From assembly GCA_964348495.1 (NCBI GenBank), contig CAYGCZ010000001.1, forward strand, positions 7,951 to 71,950: a stretch of 64,000 nucleotides of DNA, given 5' to 3'. The first letter of the stretch is position 1, and each line of letters begins with the position of its first letter. This DNA comes from an uncultured Candidatus Saccharibacteria bacterium. GTDB lineage: Bacteria > Patescibacteriota > Minisyncoccia > Phycocordibacterales > UBA2135. A program made the translations under genes and the position numbers. The notes under the pieces are model-generated. The model did no database searches and was not told the origin of the DNA. It saw only the letters and a list, made by a program, of their open reading frames with translations. Shown here one piece after another: positions 1 to 13,542 of this stretch.

Positions 1-71
1 AATCACTAAACCCCAACCTTCCAACACCACCATCGTTTGACATTTTCGGACGCTTTGGTACCATAGCCCCT

Positions 72-458
72 ATGTTAAAGATACGATTTCAGCGGTTTGG
101 ACGCCGCAATCAGCCGACCTTCCGTATGGTTTTGGTCGACTCTCATGCCGGCCCCAAGAGCGGCAACTTTGTTGAGCTTCTCGGCTCATACGATCCGAAG
201 ACCAAGCACACGACCCTGAAGGGCGAGCGTGCTCTCTACTGGATAGAAAAAGGCGCACAGGTCTCCGAGACGGCGCATAACTTCCTCGTCAAGAACCGCG
301 TGCTTCGCGCAGGCAAGATCAGCGTCGCTTCAAAAAAGAACGTGAAGTCGCCCGAGGAGATTGCCGCCCAAAAAGCGGCCGAAGAGGCAAAGAACGCCCC
401 CGCTCCCGTGGTAGAAGCTCCCGTCGAGGAACCTGCACAAGAGCCCGTCGCGGCATAA
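72..458 (+). CDS. rpsP: 30S ribosomal protein S16
   Basis: 128-aa ORF. The N-terminus MLKIRFQRFGRRNQPTFRMVLVDSHAGPKSGNFVELLGSYDP matches the conserved S16 core. The tail is Ala/Glu/Pro-rich. Confidence 0.92.
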   Translation: MLKIRFQRFGRRNQPTFRMVLVDSHAGPKSGNFVELLGSYDPKTKHTTLKGERALYWIEKGAQVSETAHNFLVKNRVLRAGKISVASKKNVKSPEEIAAQKAAEEAKNAPAPVVEAPVEEPAQEPVAA

Positions 459-476
459 CCTCACTATCGATTTTTC

Positions 477-505
477 AAAAACGCCCCGCTCGGGGCGTTT
501 TTTAT
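477..505 (+). terminator. rho-independent terminator after rpsP
   Basis: GC stem aacgccccg/cggggcgtt with a 2-nt loop, followed by tttttt. Confidence 0.7.
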
Positions 506-527
506 GCGCACCCCCCTGTGGACAACA

Positions 528-555
528 TTGACAAACGCTTTGAAATATGTATACT
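528..555 (+). promoter_or_regulatory. sigma70-like promoter for the KH/trmD unit
   Basis: TTGACA at 528-533, a 16-nt spacer, then TATACT at 550-555 preceded by TG. Confidence 0.5.
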
Positions 556-633
556 TTACGGTAAGCAGTACAAGGTCATTCTGCTGGTTAGAAGTTAAGC
601 TTGATTCTCAGGGCCATTGGCTCTGAAAGGTAT

Positions 634-942
634 ATGGAAAAAGATAAGGAATTTCTGGAGTACGTGGTAAAGTCGATCGTGGACAATCCGGACGCCGTCA
701 AAGTAACGCGCACGGTCGATGAAATGGGAGTCCTCTTGGCGCTCGATGTGAGCGCACCCGATATGCGCACCGTCATTGGTCGCAGTGGGGCAACCGCCAA
801 AGCGATCCGCACCTTGCTTCGCATCGTAGGATTGAAGAACAGCTCCCGCGTTAATCTCAAGATCAACGAACCGGAGGGCGGCAAGCGTTCAATGCTTGGC
901 GCACAGGATGTTGATCAGGCCATGGAAGACCTCAAACTCTAA
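634..942 (+). CDS. KH-domain RNA-binding protein (UPF0109/YlqC-like)
   Basis: The ORF 601..942 has an internal ATG at 634 preceded by aaagg. Sequence MEKDKEFLEYVVKSIVDNPDAVKV...IGRSGATAKAIRTLL is the KH GxxG signature. It sits between rpsP and trmD, as is typical. Confidence 0.75.
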   Translation: MEKDKEFLEYVVKSIVDNPDAVKVTRTVDEMGVLLALDVSAPDMRTVIGRSGATAKAIRTLLRIVGLKNSSRVNLKINEPEGGKRSMLGAQDVDQAMEDLKL

Positions 943-957
943 TCGGTCAGATCTGTC

Positions 958-993
958 TCACAACGCCCCGGCACTCGTGTCGGGGCGTTGTGT
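958..993 (+). terminator. GC-rich hairpin without U-tract (possible attenuator or terminator)
   Basis: cacaacgccccg ... cggggcgttgtg stem with a 10-nt loop and no following T-run. Confidence 0.3.
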
Positions 994-1003
994 ATAGAAG
1001 CTC

Positions 1004-1690
1004 ATGCCTCGCAAACCAAAAACCACCTTCCACATCGTCTCTCTCTTTCCCGAGGCGTGTTCGTCGTATATGGATGCCTCCATCGTGGGGCGGGCGCAGG
1101 AGGCGGGGAAGATCGCCGTGCGCTACTACAACCCCCGCGACTTCACCATAGACAAGCATCGCATCACCGACCTGAAGCCCTACGGTGGCGGCCCGGGCAT
1201 GGTCATGAAGGCCGAGCCGATCGTGAAGGCGGTGGATAAGGCGCGCGGCAAAAAGAAAAAGGTAAAGGTCATCATCTTCTCGCCGAGCGGGCGACAGTTT
1301 GATAACGCCTACGCGCGCAAGCTCGCGCGCTCGTACACCGACATCATTATGATCGCGGGGCGCTATGAGGGTGTTGACGAGCGCGTCGCAACGATAACCA
1401 AAGCTGAGAAGATCTCCGTCGGCCCGTATGTGCTCACGGGAGGGGAGTTGCCGGCGATGATCGTCGCCGATGCCGTTTCGCGCCAGGTACCCAACGTCCT
1501 TGGCCGTGCCGAGTCGCTTGAAGAGGATCGTGTCGCCTCACCCGAGGTCTACACGCGGCCGCCGGAGTTTACCTACAAAAAGAAAAAGTACAAAGTACCT
1601 CCCGTGCTTCTTGCCGGTGATCACAAGAAGATAGAGGCATGGCGGAAGGGGAAGCTGGTCACGGGGGATGAGTCGCCCGATAGTGTGTGA
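1004..1690 (+). CDS. trmD: tRNA (guanine37-N1)-methyltransferase
   Basis: 228 aa. FHIVSLFPE...YGGGPGMVMKAEPI...GRYEGVDERV...VLTGGELPAM matches TrmD SPOUT-fold motifs. Confidence 0.92.
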   Translation: MPRKPKTTFHIVSLFPEACSSYMDASIVGRAQEAGKIAVRYYNPRDFTIDKHRITDLKPYGGGPGMVMKAEPIVKAVDKARGKKKKVKVIIFSPSGRQFDNAYARKLARSYTDIIMIAGRYEGVDERVATITKAEKISVGPYVLTGGELPAMIVADAVSRQVPNVLGRAESLEEDRVASPEVYTRPPEFTYKKKKYKVPPVLLAGDHKKIEAWRKGKLVTGDESPDSV

Positions 1691-1703
1691 TACGATAGAC
1701 AGT

Positions 1704-1967
1704 ATGAACGACGATAAAAAATTTGACGCTCTCACCGAGAGTATCGAGGCTTTGGCACAGATGGTTGGGCGCGGCTTCGAACAAGTCGATAAGCGTTTCG
1801 AACAAGTCGATAAGCGTTTCGAACAAGTGGATACACGTTTTGATGAGTTGGAACAGCGTCTTAGTTCGAAGATCGACGGCCTCTCTCGTCGTATGGATAG
1901 CGAGCTGGATAAGCGCGTAGCGATCCAAAGCGACATCCGCATCTTGAAAGAACGGGTGGGTGTATAA
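1704..1967 (+). CDS. small coiled-coil protein with triple RFEQVDK heptad repeat
   Basis: The ORF 1668..1967 overlaps the trmD 3' end; the likely start is the ATG at 1704. It contains (RFEQVDK)x3 followed by further heptad-like sequence. Confidence 0.4.
   Translation: MNDDKKFDALTESIEALAQMVGRGFEQVDKRFEQVDKRFEQVDTRFDELEQRLSSKIDGLSRRMDSELDKRVAIQSDIRILKERVGV
1776..1838 (+). repeat. 3 x 21-bp tandem repeat (ttcgaacaagtcgataagcgt)
   Basis: Units 1 and 2 are identical; unit 3 has 4 substitutions. The repeat encodes the RFEQVDK repeats. Confidence 0.9.
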
Positions 1968-2036
1968 GTCATTTGGGCGTACGCACAGACGATCAAAGAC
2001 ATCTATCGAAAGCAAGAAAAGCTGGGGATAAGGCAT

Positions 2037-2064
2037 TTGACAAAAAAATGGATTTGTATATACT
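2037..2064 (+). promoter_or_regulatory. sigma70-like promoter upstream of repeat A and rpoB
   Basis: TTGACA at 2037-2042, a 16-nt spacer, then TATACT at 2059-2064. Confidence 0.4.
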
Positions 2065-2275
2065 TATGGTACATACGTTCGATTGTGTTACGATGGCGTG
2101 TCCAAATTATAAGTGAGGGAGCGCTTCGGGCGGGGCTCGGAGTGCATTAAAAAAAGGAGCGATCAGGCACTATTTCTCTTTTTCCGATACGCGTTACGGG
2201 CAACAATCGAACGATTCTCATGCGCGAGGGTTTTCCCTCGCGCCGCGTCATGTCTATGGCGCGCGTCTCGTTCGT

Positions 2276-2442
2276 AGAGCCTGTTCAAGATCTCGCGGTA
2301 CTCGGTCTGAAAATACAGGTTTTTAGGCGAAACATGAGTCGGAGCACTCGTCGTACTAGTAGTACGACGAGTGCGAGACGAAATTTTGTAGCCAAAAACC
2401 TCGTAGTTTCAGGCTGGGGGAAGATCTTGAACATGCTCTTAG
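2276..2442. repeat. Repeat family A copy 1: ~167-bp element with 17-bp terminal inverted repeats and an internal palindrome (MITE-like or structured ncRNA)
   Basis: About 90% identical to 18756..18922. The ends gagcctgttcaagatct and agatcttgaaca(t/g)gctc are inverted. Internal near-palindrome actcgtcgtactagtagtacgacgagt, plus aggtttttaggc ... gccaaaaacct. Confidence 0.85.
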
Positions 2443-2503
2443 CCCGCATCCGTATCGGAGGCGGTTTTTTAGTTTTTGTTCGACGTGTTTCATTCAGCGA
2501 CGC

Positions 2504-5500
2504 ATGAAAAAGAAATATTTTAAACGCTATCGGGATCCGCGCATCGGCATTCCCAACTTGGTGGAGGCGCAACTTGAGTCCTACCAAGAGCTTCAGAAGA
2601 GCGGGATCAGCTCTCTCTTGAAAGAGTTCTCTCCGATCAGAGACTATTCCGAGAAGAAGTTCGACATGGAGTTCACCAAGTTTGAGCTCGGTGAGGCAAA
2701 GCGTGACGAATTCTACGCCAAGGATCACAAGCTGACCTACGAAGCCCCGCTTCGCGTAACGGTCAAGCTCAAAAACAAGACTCTCGGCACCGAGAACGAG
2801 CAAGAGATCTTTCTTGCTGATTTTCCGTTGATGACGGATCACGGCACCTTTATCATCAATGGCAACGAGCGCGTCATCGTCTCACAGCTCGTCCGTTCGT
2901 TCGGCGTCTCTTTTACGAGCATGCCCCTGAAGGGCAAGATCTATTTCGGTGCCAAGATCATCCCTTCGCGCGGCGCGTGGATCGAGTTTGAGTCGGAGCC
3001 GGACGGCTCTATCGCCGTGCGCATCGACAAGAAGCGTAAATTCCCCATCTCCTCACTCTTGCGCATCTTTGCCTCCGAGCAGAATATTTTCCCTAAACAG
3101 GATGGGTCGGTCGATGAAGCTCTTATGGCCGTCTTCGCCGACGACGAGCATGCGACGGCCGCCCTCAAAGCATCGTTTGCCAAGGACACCGCCAAGACCA
3201 CCAACGACTCCTATATTGAAGTATACAAACGCCTCCGCGACGGCACGCTCGCGACCGCCGATCATGCGCGCGACTTCCTCGCGACGCTTTTTAGCGCCGA
3301 GCGCTACGACCTTTCGCGTATCGGCCGCTACCGCTTCACACAGATGTTTGGCGAGGAGCACAAAGCGGGCGACACTGACAAGCTCTCCTTCTACGACATT
3401 ACGGCGGTCGTCTCGCACATCGCAAAGCTCAATAATACGCCCAATGCCGAGGCCGACGACATCGACCACCTCGGCGTACGCCGCGTGCGCTTTGCCGGTG
3501 AGATGCTTCACAACCGCTTGCGGGTGGGTATGACGCGCATCAAGCGCAACGTCCAGGACCGCATGTCGACGGTTGATCCGGAGACGACCCTGCCGATGCA
3601 GCTTTTGAACCCGCGCCCCCTCCAAACATCACTCAAAGAGTTCTTCAACACAAGTTCGCTTTCGCAGTACATGAACCAGAAGAACCCGCTCGACGAGCTT
3701 GAGCACCTGCGGACGCTCTCGGCTCTCGGCCCCGGCGGCCTCACCCGCGAGCGCGCGGGCTTTGAGGTGCGCGACGTGCATCCTTCCCACTACGGCAAGG
3801 TCTGCCCCATCCACACGCCCGAAGGCCAGAGCATCGGCCTCGTCTTGCGCCTCTCCATCTTCGCCCGCATCAACGACTTGGGCATCTTGGAGACGCCCTA
3901 CGCACGCGTCAAGAATGGTGTGATCACGAGCGAGATCATCTACATGGACTCGCTTGCGGAAGAGCGTCACAACATCGCGCATGCCGCGACACCTTCGGAT
4001 GAGAAGGGTAAAATCTCCGTCGACTTCGTCGAGGTCCGCACCAAGGACAAGCGCGGCGAAGTAACCCTTGTACCTGTTGAAGAGGTGGAGTTTATCGACA
4101 TTGCGGCCAATCAGCCCTTCTCGGTGGCGACATCGCTCATTCCCTTCTTGGAGCACGACGACGCGAACCGCGCTCTGATGGGTTCTAACATGCAAAAACA
4201 AGCGGTGCCCTGCATCGTGCCGCATATGCCTCTCGTTGCAACAGGTATGGAGGGACGCGCCGCCGTCGACTCCGGCCGTCTCGTGCTCGCCAAGGAGAGC
4301 GGCGTCGTCGCCGCCATGGACGCTTCGTCCGTTACGGTGAGGAACGACAAGGGCAAGGATATCGAGCACCGCATGGTCAATTTCGCCCGCACCAACGACT
4401 TCTCAGTATTTCACCAGCGTCCGATCGTGGAGATGGGTCAGAAGGTGAAGAAAGGTGAGCCGCTTGCCGATGCCGCCTCGACGGTTGATGGTGAGCTCGC
4501 GCTCGGTCAGAACGTCCTTGTGGCCTTCATGTCATGGGGCGGTTCCAACTACGAGGATGCCATCATCCTTTCGGAACGTCTTGTGCGCGACAGTGTCTTT
4601 TCATCAATCCATCTCGAAGAGATCGAGGTCGCAGTGCGCGATACAAAACTCGGTCCCGAAATGACTACCCCCGATATCCCGAACATCGGCGAGGGCAAGC
4701 TCAAAGACCTCGATGAAAGCGGCATTGTGCGCATCGGTGCCGAGGTCGGCCCCAACGACATTCTCGTGGGCAAGATCACGCCCAAAGGTGAGGCGGAGCT
4801 GACTCCCGAAGAGCGCCTCTTGCGCTCGATCTTCGGCGAGAAGGCGCGCGACGTAAAGGACACCTCAAAGCGTATGGAGCACGGCAAGCGCGGTCGTATC
4901 ATCGGCATCCGCGAGTTCTCGCGCGAGCGCGGCGACAACCTCGAGTCGGGCATCATCAAGCGCATCAACGTGGACATCGCGCAGTTGCGCAACGTCTCGG
5001 TGGGTGACAAGCTCGCCGGACGCCACGGCAACAAGGGTGTCATCTCAAAGAGCCTTCCGATCGAAGAGATGCCCTACACAAAGGAGGGTACTCCGATTGA
5101 CGTCATCTTGACGCCGCTCGGCGTTCCTTCGCGCATGAACTTGGGTCAGATCCTCGAGTTGCACCTCGGTCTTGCGGCCAATACGCTCAAGTACCAAGCC
5201 ATCGTGCCGCCGTTCCTCGGCGCCACGGAGGGCGAGATTCGCGAGGAGCTCAAAGAGGCCGGCTTCAACGAGAACGGCAAGATGACCCTCTACGACGGAC
5301 GCACCGGCGAAAAGTTCGATCAGGATATCGCCGTCGGATACATGTATGTGCTCAAACTGCACCACATGGTCGAGGACAAGATCCACATGCGTTCCATCGG
5401 TCCTTACTCGCTCATTCACCAGCAACCGCTTGGCGGCAAGGCGCAGGGCGGCGGTCAGCGCTTCGGAGAAATGGAGGTCTGGGCACTCGAAGGATACGGC

Positions 5501-5692
5501 GCCGCACATACGTTGCGCGAGATCCTCACCGTCAAATCGGACGACATCACCGGACGTTCCGCAACCTTCGACGCCATCATCAAAAACGAGGCGATGGACG
5601 AGCCGACGATTCCCGAGTCCTTCAAAGTATTGCTTAATAACCTGCGGGCGCTTGCGCTCGATGTCGAGTTGGTAGACAAAAAAACCAACTAA
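2504..5692 (+). CDS. rpoB: DNA-directed RNA polymerase subunit beta
   Basis: 1,062 aa. Hallmark blocks GPGGLTRERAGFEVRDVHPSHYGKVCPIHTPEG, NMQKQAVP and GGQRFGEMEVWALEGYGAA are present. Confidence 0.98.
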   Translation: MKKKYFKRYRDPRIGIPNLVEAQLESYQELQKSGISSLLKEFSPIRDYSEKKFDMEFTKFELGEAKRDEFYAKDHKLTYEAPLRVTVKLKNKTLGTENEQEIFLADFPLMTDHGTFIINGNERVIVSQLVRSFGVSFTSMPLKGKIYFGAKIIPSRGAWIEFESEPDGSIAVRIDKKRKFPISSLLRIFASEQNIFPKQDGSVDEALMAVFADDEHATAALKASFAKDTAKTTNDSYIEVYKRLRDGTLATADHARDFLATLFSAERYDLSRIGRYRFTQMFGEEHKAGDTDKLSFYDITAVVSHIAKLNNTPNAEADDIDHLGVRRVRFAGEMLHNRLRVGMTRIKRNVQDRMSTVDPETTLPMQLLNPRPLQTSLKEFFNTSSLSQYMNQKNPLDELEHLRTLSALGPGGLTRERAGFEVRDVHPSHYGKVCPIHTPEGQSIGLVLRLSIFARINDLGILETPYARVKNGVITSEIIYMDSLAEERHNIAHAATPSDEKGKISVDFVEVRTKDKRGEVTLVPVEEVEFIDIAANQPFSVATSLIPFLEHDDANRALMGSNMQKQAVPCIVPHMPLVATGMEGRAAVDSGRLVLAKESGVVAAMDASSVTVRNDKGKDIEHRMVNFARTNDFSVFHQRPIVEMGQKVKKGEPLADAASTVDGELALGQNVLVAFMSWGGSNYEDAIILSERLVRDSVFSSIHLEEIEVAVRDTKLGPEMTTPDIPNIGEGKLKDLDESGIVRIGAEVGPNDILVGKITPKGEAELTPEERLLRSIFGEKARDVKDTSKRMEHGKRGRIIGIREFSRERGDNLESGIIKRINVDIAQLRNVSVGDKLAGRHGNKGVISKSLPIEEMPYTKEGTPIDVILTPLGVPSRMNLGQILELHLGLAANTLKYQAIVPPFLGATEGEIREELKEAGFNENGKMTLYDGRTGEKFDQDIAVGYMYVLKLHHMVEDKIHMRSIGPYSLIHQQPLGGKAQGGGQRFGEMEVWALEGYGAAHTLREILTVKSDDITGRSATFDAIIKNEAMDEPTIPESFKVLLNNLRALALDVELVDKKTN

Positions 5693-5724
5693 GCCGACAG
5701 CTGGCAGTCATCTGTTCATCACCT

Positions 5725-9381
<3,657 letters not shown>

Positions 9382-9387
9382 TACGGT

Positions 9388-11220
9388 GTGAAGCGGCGGT
9401 TTTCGCAGAGCGAAAACCGCCGCTTCGGCCGGATGTTCCGGTCGCGTCGCGTTAGTTACCCCTTGTTACCTGTGTCTTCACCCGTTGAACAGATCAAAGC
9501 CAAGCTCAACATCGCCGATGTGATCGGTTCGTATGTGAAGCTGGATCGGGCGGGTGCCAATTACAAAGCGTGCTGTCCGTTCCATCGCGAAAAGACCCCC
9601 TCATTCTTCATTTCTCCCGATCGGGGGACATTCCATTGTTTCGGATGCGACAGAGGAGGAGATCTCTTCACCTTCGTCCAAGACATGGAGGGGATCGATT
9701 TTCTCGGTGCTCTGAAAATGCTCGCTGAACGAGCGGGTGTGACTCTGCGAGAATCTCGCCCCGAGGAACGCAAAGAGCGGGATCGTCTTTTTGCCGTCAT
9801 GGACGCGGCGGCGCTCTATTATCGGACGGTGCTTGTTCGTTCTCCCGAGGTAGCCGCCTACCTTTCCGGGCGCGGCCTTACGGCAGAGACGATTGCCGAC
9901 TTTCGGATCGGCTATGCGCCCGACGAGTGGCGTTCCGTCTCGACCTTCCTCGCCGAAAAGGGGTTTTCGGTGGCGGATATGGAAAAGGCGGGACTCGTTA
10001 TCGTCAAAGGTCCAGGTTCGCACTACGATCGCTTTCGTGGCAGGGTTATGTTTCCGATTATGGATACCGCAGGGCGGGTGATCGCCTTTTCGGGGCGGGT
10101 CTTCGGCGACACATCAGCCGATACAGCCAAGTACATCAACAGTCCCGAGACGGAGATCTATCGCAAATCCGCCGTACTCTACGGATTGGACAAAGCAAAG
10201 GGTGCTATCCGATCTCTCGGATGTTGTGTGCTCGTCGAGGGCCAGGTTGATGTGATCATGGCCCATCAGGCGGGCACGAAGCACGCCGTCGCCTCATCGG
10301 GAACCGCTCTGACACCCGAGCATGTTGCCATGATCGGTCGGCTGACCGACACCATCATCATGTCGTTCGACGGCGATGCGGCGGGGATCAGCGCATCCGG
10401 CCGCGCAGTCAATCTTGCCGCCGGACATGGCTTGGACATTCGCCTCGTCGCCTTGCCGCAAGGAGCCGACCCTGCCGATATTGTGCGTGCCGATCCTGAG
10501 CAGTGGCGCGCATCGGTCGCCTCCGCCGTACCGGTCGTGGACTTCTATCTCGCCATCCTGCGCCGCCTCCATGACGACGACCGCGAGTATCGCAAAGCCG
10601 TGGAGCGTACCGCACTGCCGTATATTGCCCACATAAAGAGCAAGATCGACCAGGCGCAGAGCGTTGCCCGGATCGCGCGGGCGCTCGGAGTTACGGAGGA
10701 ACCGGTATGGGAGGAGTTTCGCAAGGTGCTCGCCGCCGGTACTGCTGCGAACACATCACCCCAACAACCCCATCCTGCCAGTGCGGGGATCCCGACACCT
10801 GTCGTATCGCACGCATCGACGAGGATGGCACGACTCGAGGATTTGATCATCGGGCATATTCTCGCGGAAGGGGAATCGTCGTCTCGCGTCTCCGGACTCG
10901 CCGAGGAATTTATGCGAGTAACGGGAACGGCAGTATCTTCGCGCATCGCCCTCAAGGAGGAACATGAACGCGAACGGGTGCGTTTCGAGGCGGAGGCGCA
11001 TTTCGGAACGGGCGAATCGGCTTCCGTTCCCGTTTTCGAGGCGCTTCTTAATCTTGAGGAACAGATCTTGCGTTCAAGACTCGCGGCACTGGGCGACGAG
11101 GTGCGCCGCGCCGAGGCGGATTCGGATACGGAGAAGGTGCGTGTCCTTGTAGAATCCTTTGCCGGCGTGACGGGGGCGATCAGTACCCTCACTGCCCGCA
11201 AAAAAGCACTATCTCAATAA
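9388..11220 (+). CDS. dnaG: DNA primase
   Basis: CHC2 zinc finger [31 protein letters not shown] and a TOPRIM region [16 protein letters not shown]...SFDGDAAG. The true start may be the GTG near 9472, where [14 protein letters not shown] matches typical primase N-termini. Confidence 0.9.
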   Translation: MKRRFSQSENRRFGRMFRSRRVSYPLLPVSSPVEQIKAKLNIADVIGSYVKLDRAGANYKACCPFHREKTPSFFISPDRGTFHCFGCDRGGDLFTFVQDMEGIDFLGALKMLAERAGVTLRESRPEERKERDRLFAVMDAAALYYRTVLVRSPEVAAYLSGRGLTAETIADFRIGYAPDEWRSVSTFLAEKGFSVADMEKAGLVIVKGPGSHYDRFRGRVMFPIMDTAGRVIAFSGRVFGDTSADTAKYINSPETEIYRKSAVLYGLDKAKGAIRSLGCCVLVEGQVDVIMAHQAGTKHAVASSGTALTPEHVAMIGRLTDTIIMSFDGDAAGISASGRAVNLAAGHGLDIRLVALPQGADPADIVRADPEQWRASVASAVPVVDFYLAILRRLHDDDREYRKAVERTALPYIAHIKSKIDQAQSVARIARALGVTEEPVWEEFRKVLAAGTAANTSPQQPHPASAGIPTPVVSHASTRMARLEDLIIGHILAEGESSSRVSGLAEEFMRVTGTAVSSRIALKEEHERERVRFEAEAHFGTGESASVPVFEALLNLEEQILRSRLAALGDEVRRAEADSDTEKVRVLVESFAGVTGAISTLTARKKALSQ

Positions 11221-11227
11221 CATTGTT

Positions 11228-12568
11228 ATGACTTCAAAAAAACCAACAGCAAAAAAGATGGTCTCATCCGGTAAGAAGGCGATCGGTTCTCGTGCGAAGG
11301 ATATGCAGAAAAAAAAGCAGGCGGTGCGTCCTGGTATCAAAAAGAAGGGCGCCGCTCCGGCTGTAAAAAAATCGGCAACGAATCGTCTCTCCGCAAAAAC
11401 GTCAGTTCAAAAAGGAGTATCCAAAAATGCCAACGCTGCTCCTGCAAAGAAACCTGCTCCCGCAAAAAAACTCGCCGGTGGCCGTGCGAAACAGGCGAAA
11501 GAGACGATCGAGAAAGTTGATCGTTTGATCGCGAAGGGGCGCGAGCTCGGTTTTGTAACCCAAGATCAACTCCTTACACTCTTCCCAAAAATTGAGGATG
11601 ACATCACTTTTTTGGAGTCGATCTATGATCGTTTGAGCAAAGAGAATATCGCTCTCGTCGAGAGCGGCATGCTCCTTGAACAGGACATTGAGCCTCCGGA
11701 AGGACTTCTCTCTAAAGAACCCTATGGGTCTGAGAAGACTTCATTCGATAACATTCAAATATATCTCAAAGAGATCGGTCGTTACCCGCTCTTGTCGGTC
11801 GGTGAGGAGCGTTCCCTTGCTCAGCGAATCACCAATGGCGATAAGGAGGCGGAGAATCTGCTTGCCAAGGCGAACTTGCGCCTCGTCGTCTCAATCGCCA
11901 AACGCTACGTCGGCAGGAGTCAAGATCTTACCCTTCTCGATCTCATCCAGGAGGGTAACCTCGGTCTCTTCAAGGCGATTGCCAAGTTCGATTGGACCAA
12001 GGGCTACAAGTTTTCGACCTATGCGACGTGGTGGATCCGCCAGTCCATCAGTCGCGCTCTTGCCGATCAGTCGCGTACCATCCGCATCCCCGTACACATG
12101 GTCGAGACGATTGCGAAATACAAGCAAGTCGTACGCCGCCTTGTGCAAGACCTTGGTCGCGATCCGCTCCCCGAGGAGATTGCCGCCGAGATGGGATTAG
12201 ATGTGGAGAAGGTCTATATCATCAAAAATATCGATCAGGATACCGTCTCGCTTGAAAGTTCCGTGGGCGATGATGATGAGAAGTCGACGCTCGGCGACTT
12301 CATCGCCGACGACAAGATGATGTCGCCTTCGCAGGAATCCTCTCTGCGTATCTTGCGCGACCAGATCCAGGAGATCTTGAACGACCTTTCACCCAAAGAG
12401 CGCAAGATACTGGAGATGCGCCACGGTCTCGCCGACGGCGTCGTCCATACACTCGAAGAAGTGGGTAAGGAGTTTGGTGTAACGCGCGAGCGTATTCGCC
12501 AGATTGAGGCGAAGGCTCATGAGAAGATCCGCCACCACGACAAGTCGCGTAAACTGGAGAATTATTGA
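11228..12568 (+). CDS. rpoD: RNA polymerase primary sigma factor (sigma-70 family)
   Basis: Regions 1.2 to 4: [45 protein letters not shown], and region 4 [20 protein letters not shown]. The N-terminus is a Lys/Ala-rich low-complexity segment. dnaG-rpoD synteny. Confidence 0.92.
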   Translation: MTSKKPTAKKMVSSGKKAIGSRAKDMQKKKQAVRPGIKKKGAAPAVKKSATNRLSAKTSVQKGVSKNANAAPAKKPAPAKKLAGGRAKQAKETIEKVDRLIAKGRELGFVTQDQLLTLFPKIEDDITFLESIYDRLSKENIALVESGMLLEQDIEPPEGLLSKEPYGSEKTSFDNIQIYLKEIGRYPLLSVGEERSLAQRITNGDKEAENLLAKANLRLVVSIAKRYVGRSQDLTLLDLIQEGNLGLFKAIAKFDWTKGYKFSTYATWWIRQSISRALADQSRTIRIPVHMVETIAKYKQVVRRLVQDLGRDPLPEEIAAEMGLDVEKVYIIKNIDQDTVSLESSVGDDDEKSTLGDFIADDKMMSPSQESSLRILRDQIQEILNDLSPKERKILEMRHGLADGVVHTLEEVGKEFGVTRERIRQIEAKAHEKIRHHDKSRKLENY

Positions 12569-12587
12569 TCCATGCATAATCTTGAAA

Positions 12588-12626
12588 AGAACCCCGCTGT
12601 ATTTCTGGAAAGGGGTTCTTTTTTCT
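12588..12626 (+). terminator. rho-independent terminator after rpoD
   Basis: Stem agaacccc/ggggttct followed by ttttttc. Confidence 0.55.
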
Positions 12627-12677
12627 TTGGATTCGTGGTATACCTCTTGAAGATACATCTACAACAGGAGAACTGCG

Positions 12678-13463
12678 ATGAGCGAAGAAGGTATAGAGGG
12701 TTATGACACAATCTCCATGTATGTCAATGAGATTCAAGGGAGTTTATTGTCAGCAGAGGAGGCGTCTCGTCTGGGCATCTTGGCATCAGCGGGCGACAAG
12801 GAAGCGCAGGATACGCTGGTGCAGGGGAATTTACGCCTCGTCATATGGATTGCAAAGAGGTGTAGAAACCGAGGCGTGGATCTTGCCGATCTCATTCAAG
12901 AAGGGAATCTGGGGTTGATGCGGGCTACGAAAACATTTGATCCCGAGAAAGGAATGTTCTCCACCTATGCCACATGGTGGATAAGGCAGGCCATGGATCG
13001 GGCAATCATGAACCAAGCGCGTACCATACGCGTACCGGTGAATCTGGCAAAACTGTTCAGAAAGAAAATTCCCCGCGGTTGTTCCTTGAGTGAAGACGAC
13101 AAAAAAAATATGTCTCTGTTTCTCGCAACAGAAACAGAATCGCTCGATACCACCCCTCGCGCCTTTGAGGGTACAAAAAAAGTGGGTGATATCTTGTTTG
13201 ACCATTCCCCCGGTCCCGCCGAATTGGCGGAGATGTCCATAGACCTTTCTCCGTATTTGGAAGTCCTCAAGCCCAAGCAGCGCGAGGTGATCGCCCGCAT
13301 TTATGGCCTGGATGGCCACCATGGTGATTCATTTCGTCAGGTAGGATTGAAAATGAAACTCAGTTGCGAAAGGATTCGTCAAATACACAGTATGGCGATA
13401 AAAAAAATAAGGAAAAGGATGAGAATTAAAGGTTGCGTGGCGGAGGATTTTTTCTCCGCCTAG
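12678..13463 (+). CDS. second sigma-70 family sigma factor lacking region 1.1
   Basis: 261 aa. Region 2 [36 protein letters not shown] and region 4 FRQVGLKMKLSCERIRQIHSMAIKKI. Local GC is lower than in rpoD. Confidence 0.8.
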   Translation: MSEEGIEGYDTISMYVNEIQGSLLSAEEASRLGILASAGDKEAQDTLVQGNLRLVIWIAKRCRNRGVDLADLIQEGNLGLMRATKTFDPEKGMFSTYATWWIRQAMDRAIMNQARTIRVPVNLAKLFRKKIPRGCSLSEDDKKNMSLFLATETESLDTTPRAFEGTKKVGDILFDHSPGPAELAEMSIDLSPYLEVLKPKQREVIARIYGLDGHHGDSFRQVGLKMKLSCERIRQIHSMAIKKIRKRMRIKGCVAEDFFSA

Positions 13464-13542
13464 CGATAAAACTCGGAGAGCCGCCGAACTTTGGCGGCTT
13501 TTTTAAAAAAATATCACCGATCCGTGCTATACTGCTCGCATC

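Noticed and set aside
2220-2842. ORFs 2220-2507 (+) and 2285-2842 (-) upstream of and overlapping the rpoB start
   Set aside because: They run through repeat A and the rpoB 5' end and have low-complexity Arg/Ser-rich translations. They are better explained as non-coding repeat plus leader.
9388-9471. The first 28 codons of the dnaG ORF ([28 protein letters not shown]...)
   Set aside because: This is an Arg-rich low-complexity stretch that overlaps the rpoC end region and is unlike primase N-termini. It probably represents read-through of the ORF before the true GTG/ATG start near 9472, and it is not annotated as a separate feature.
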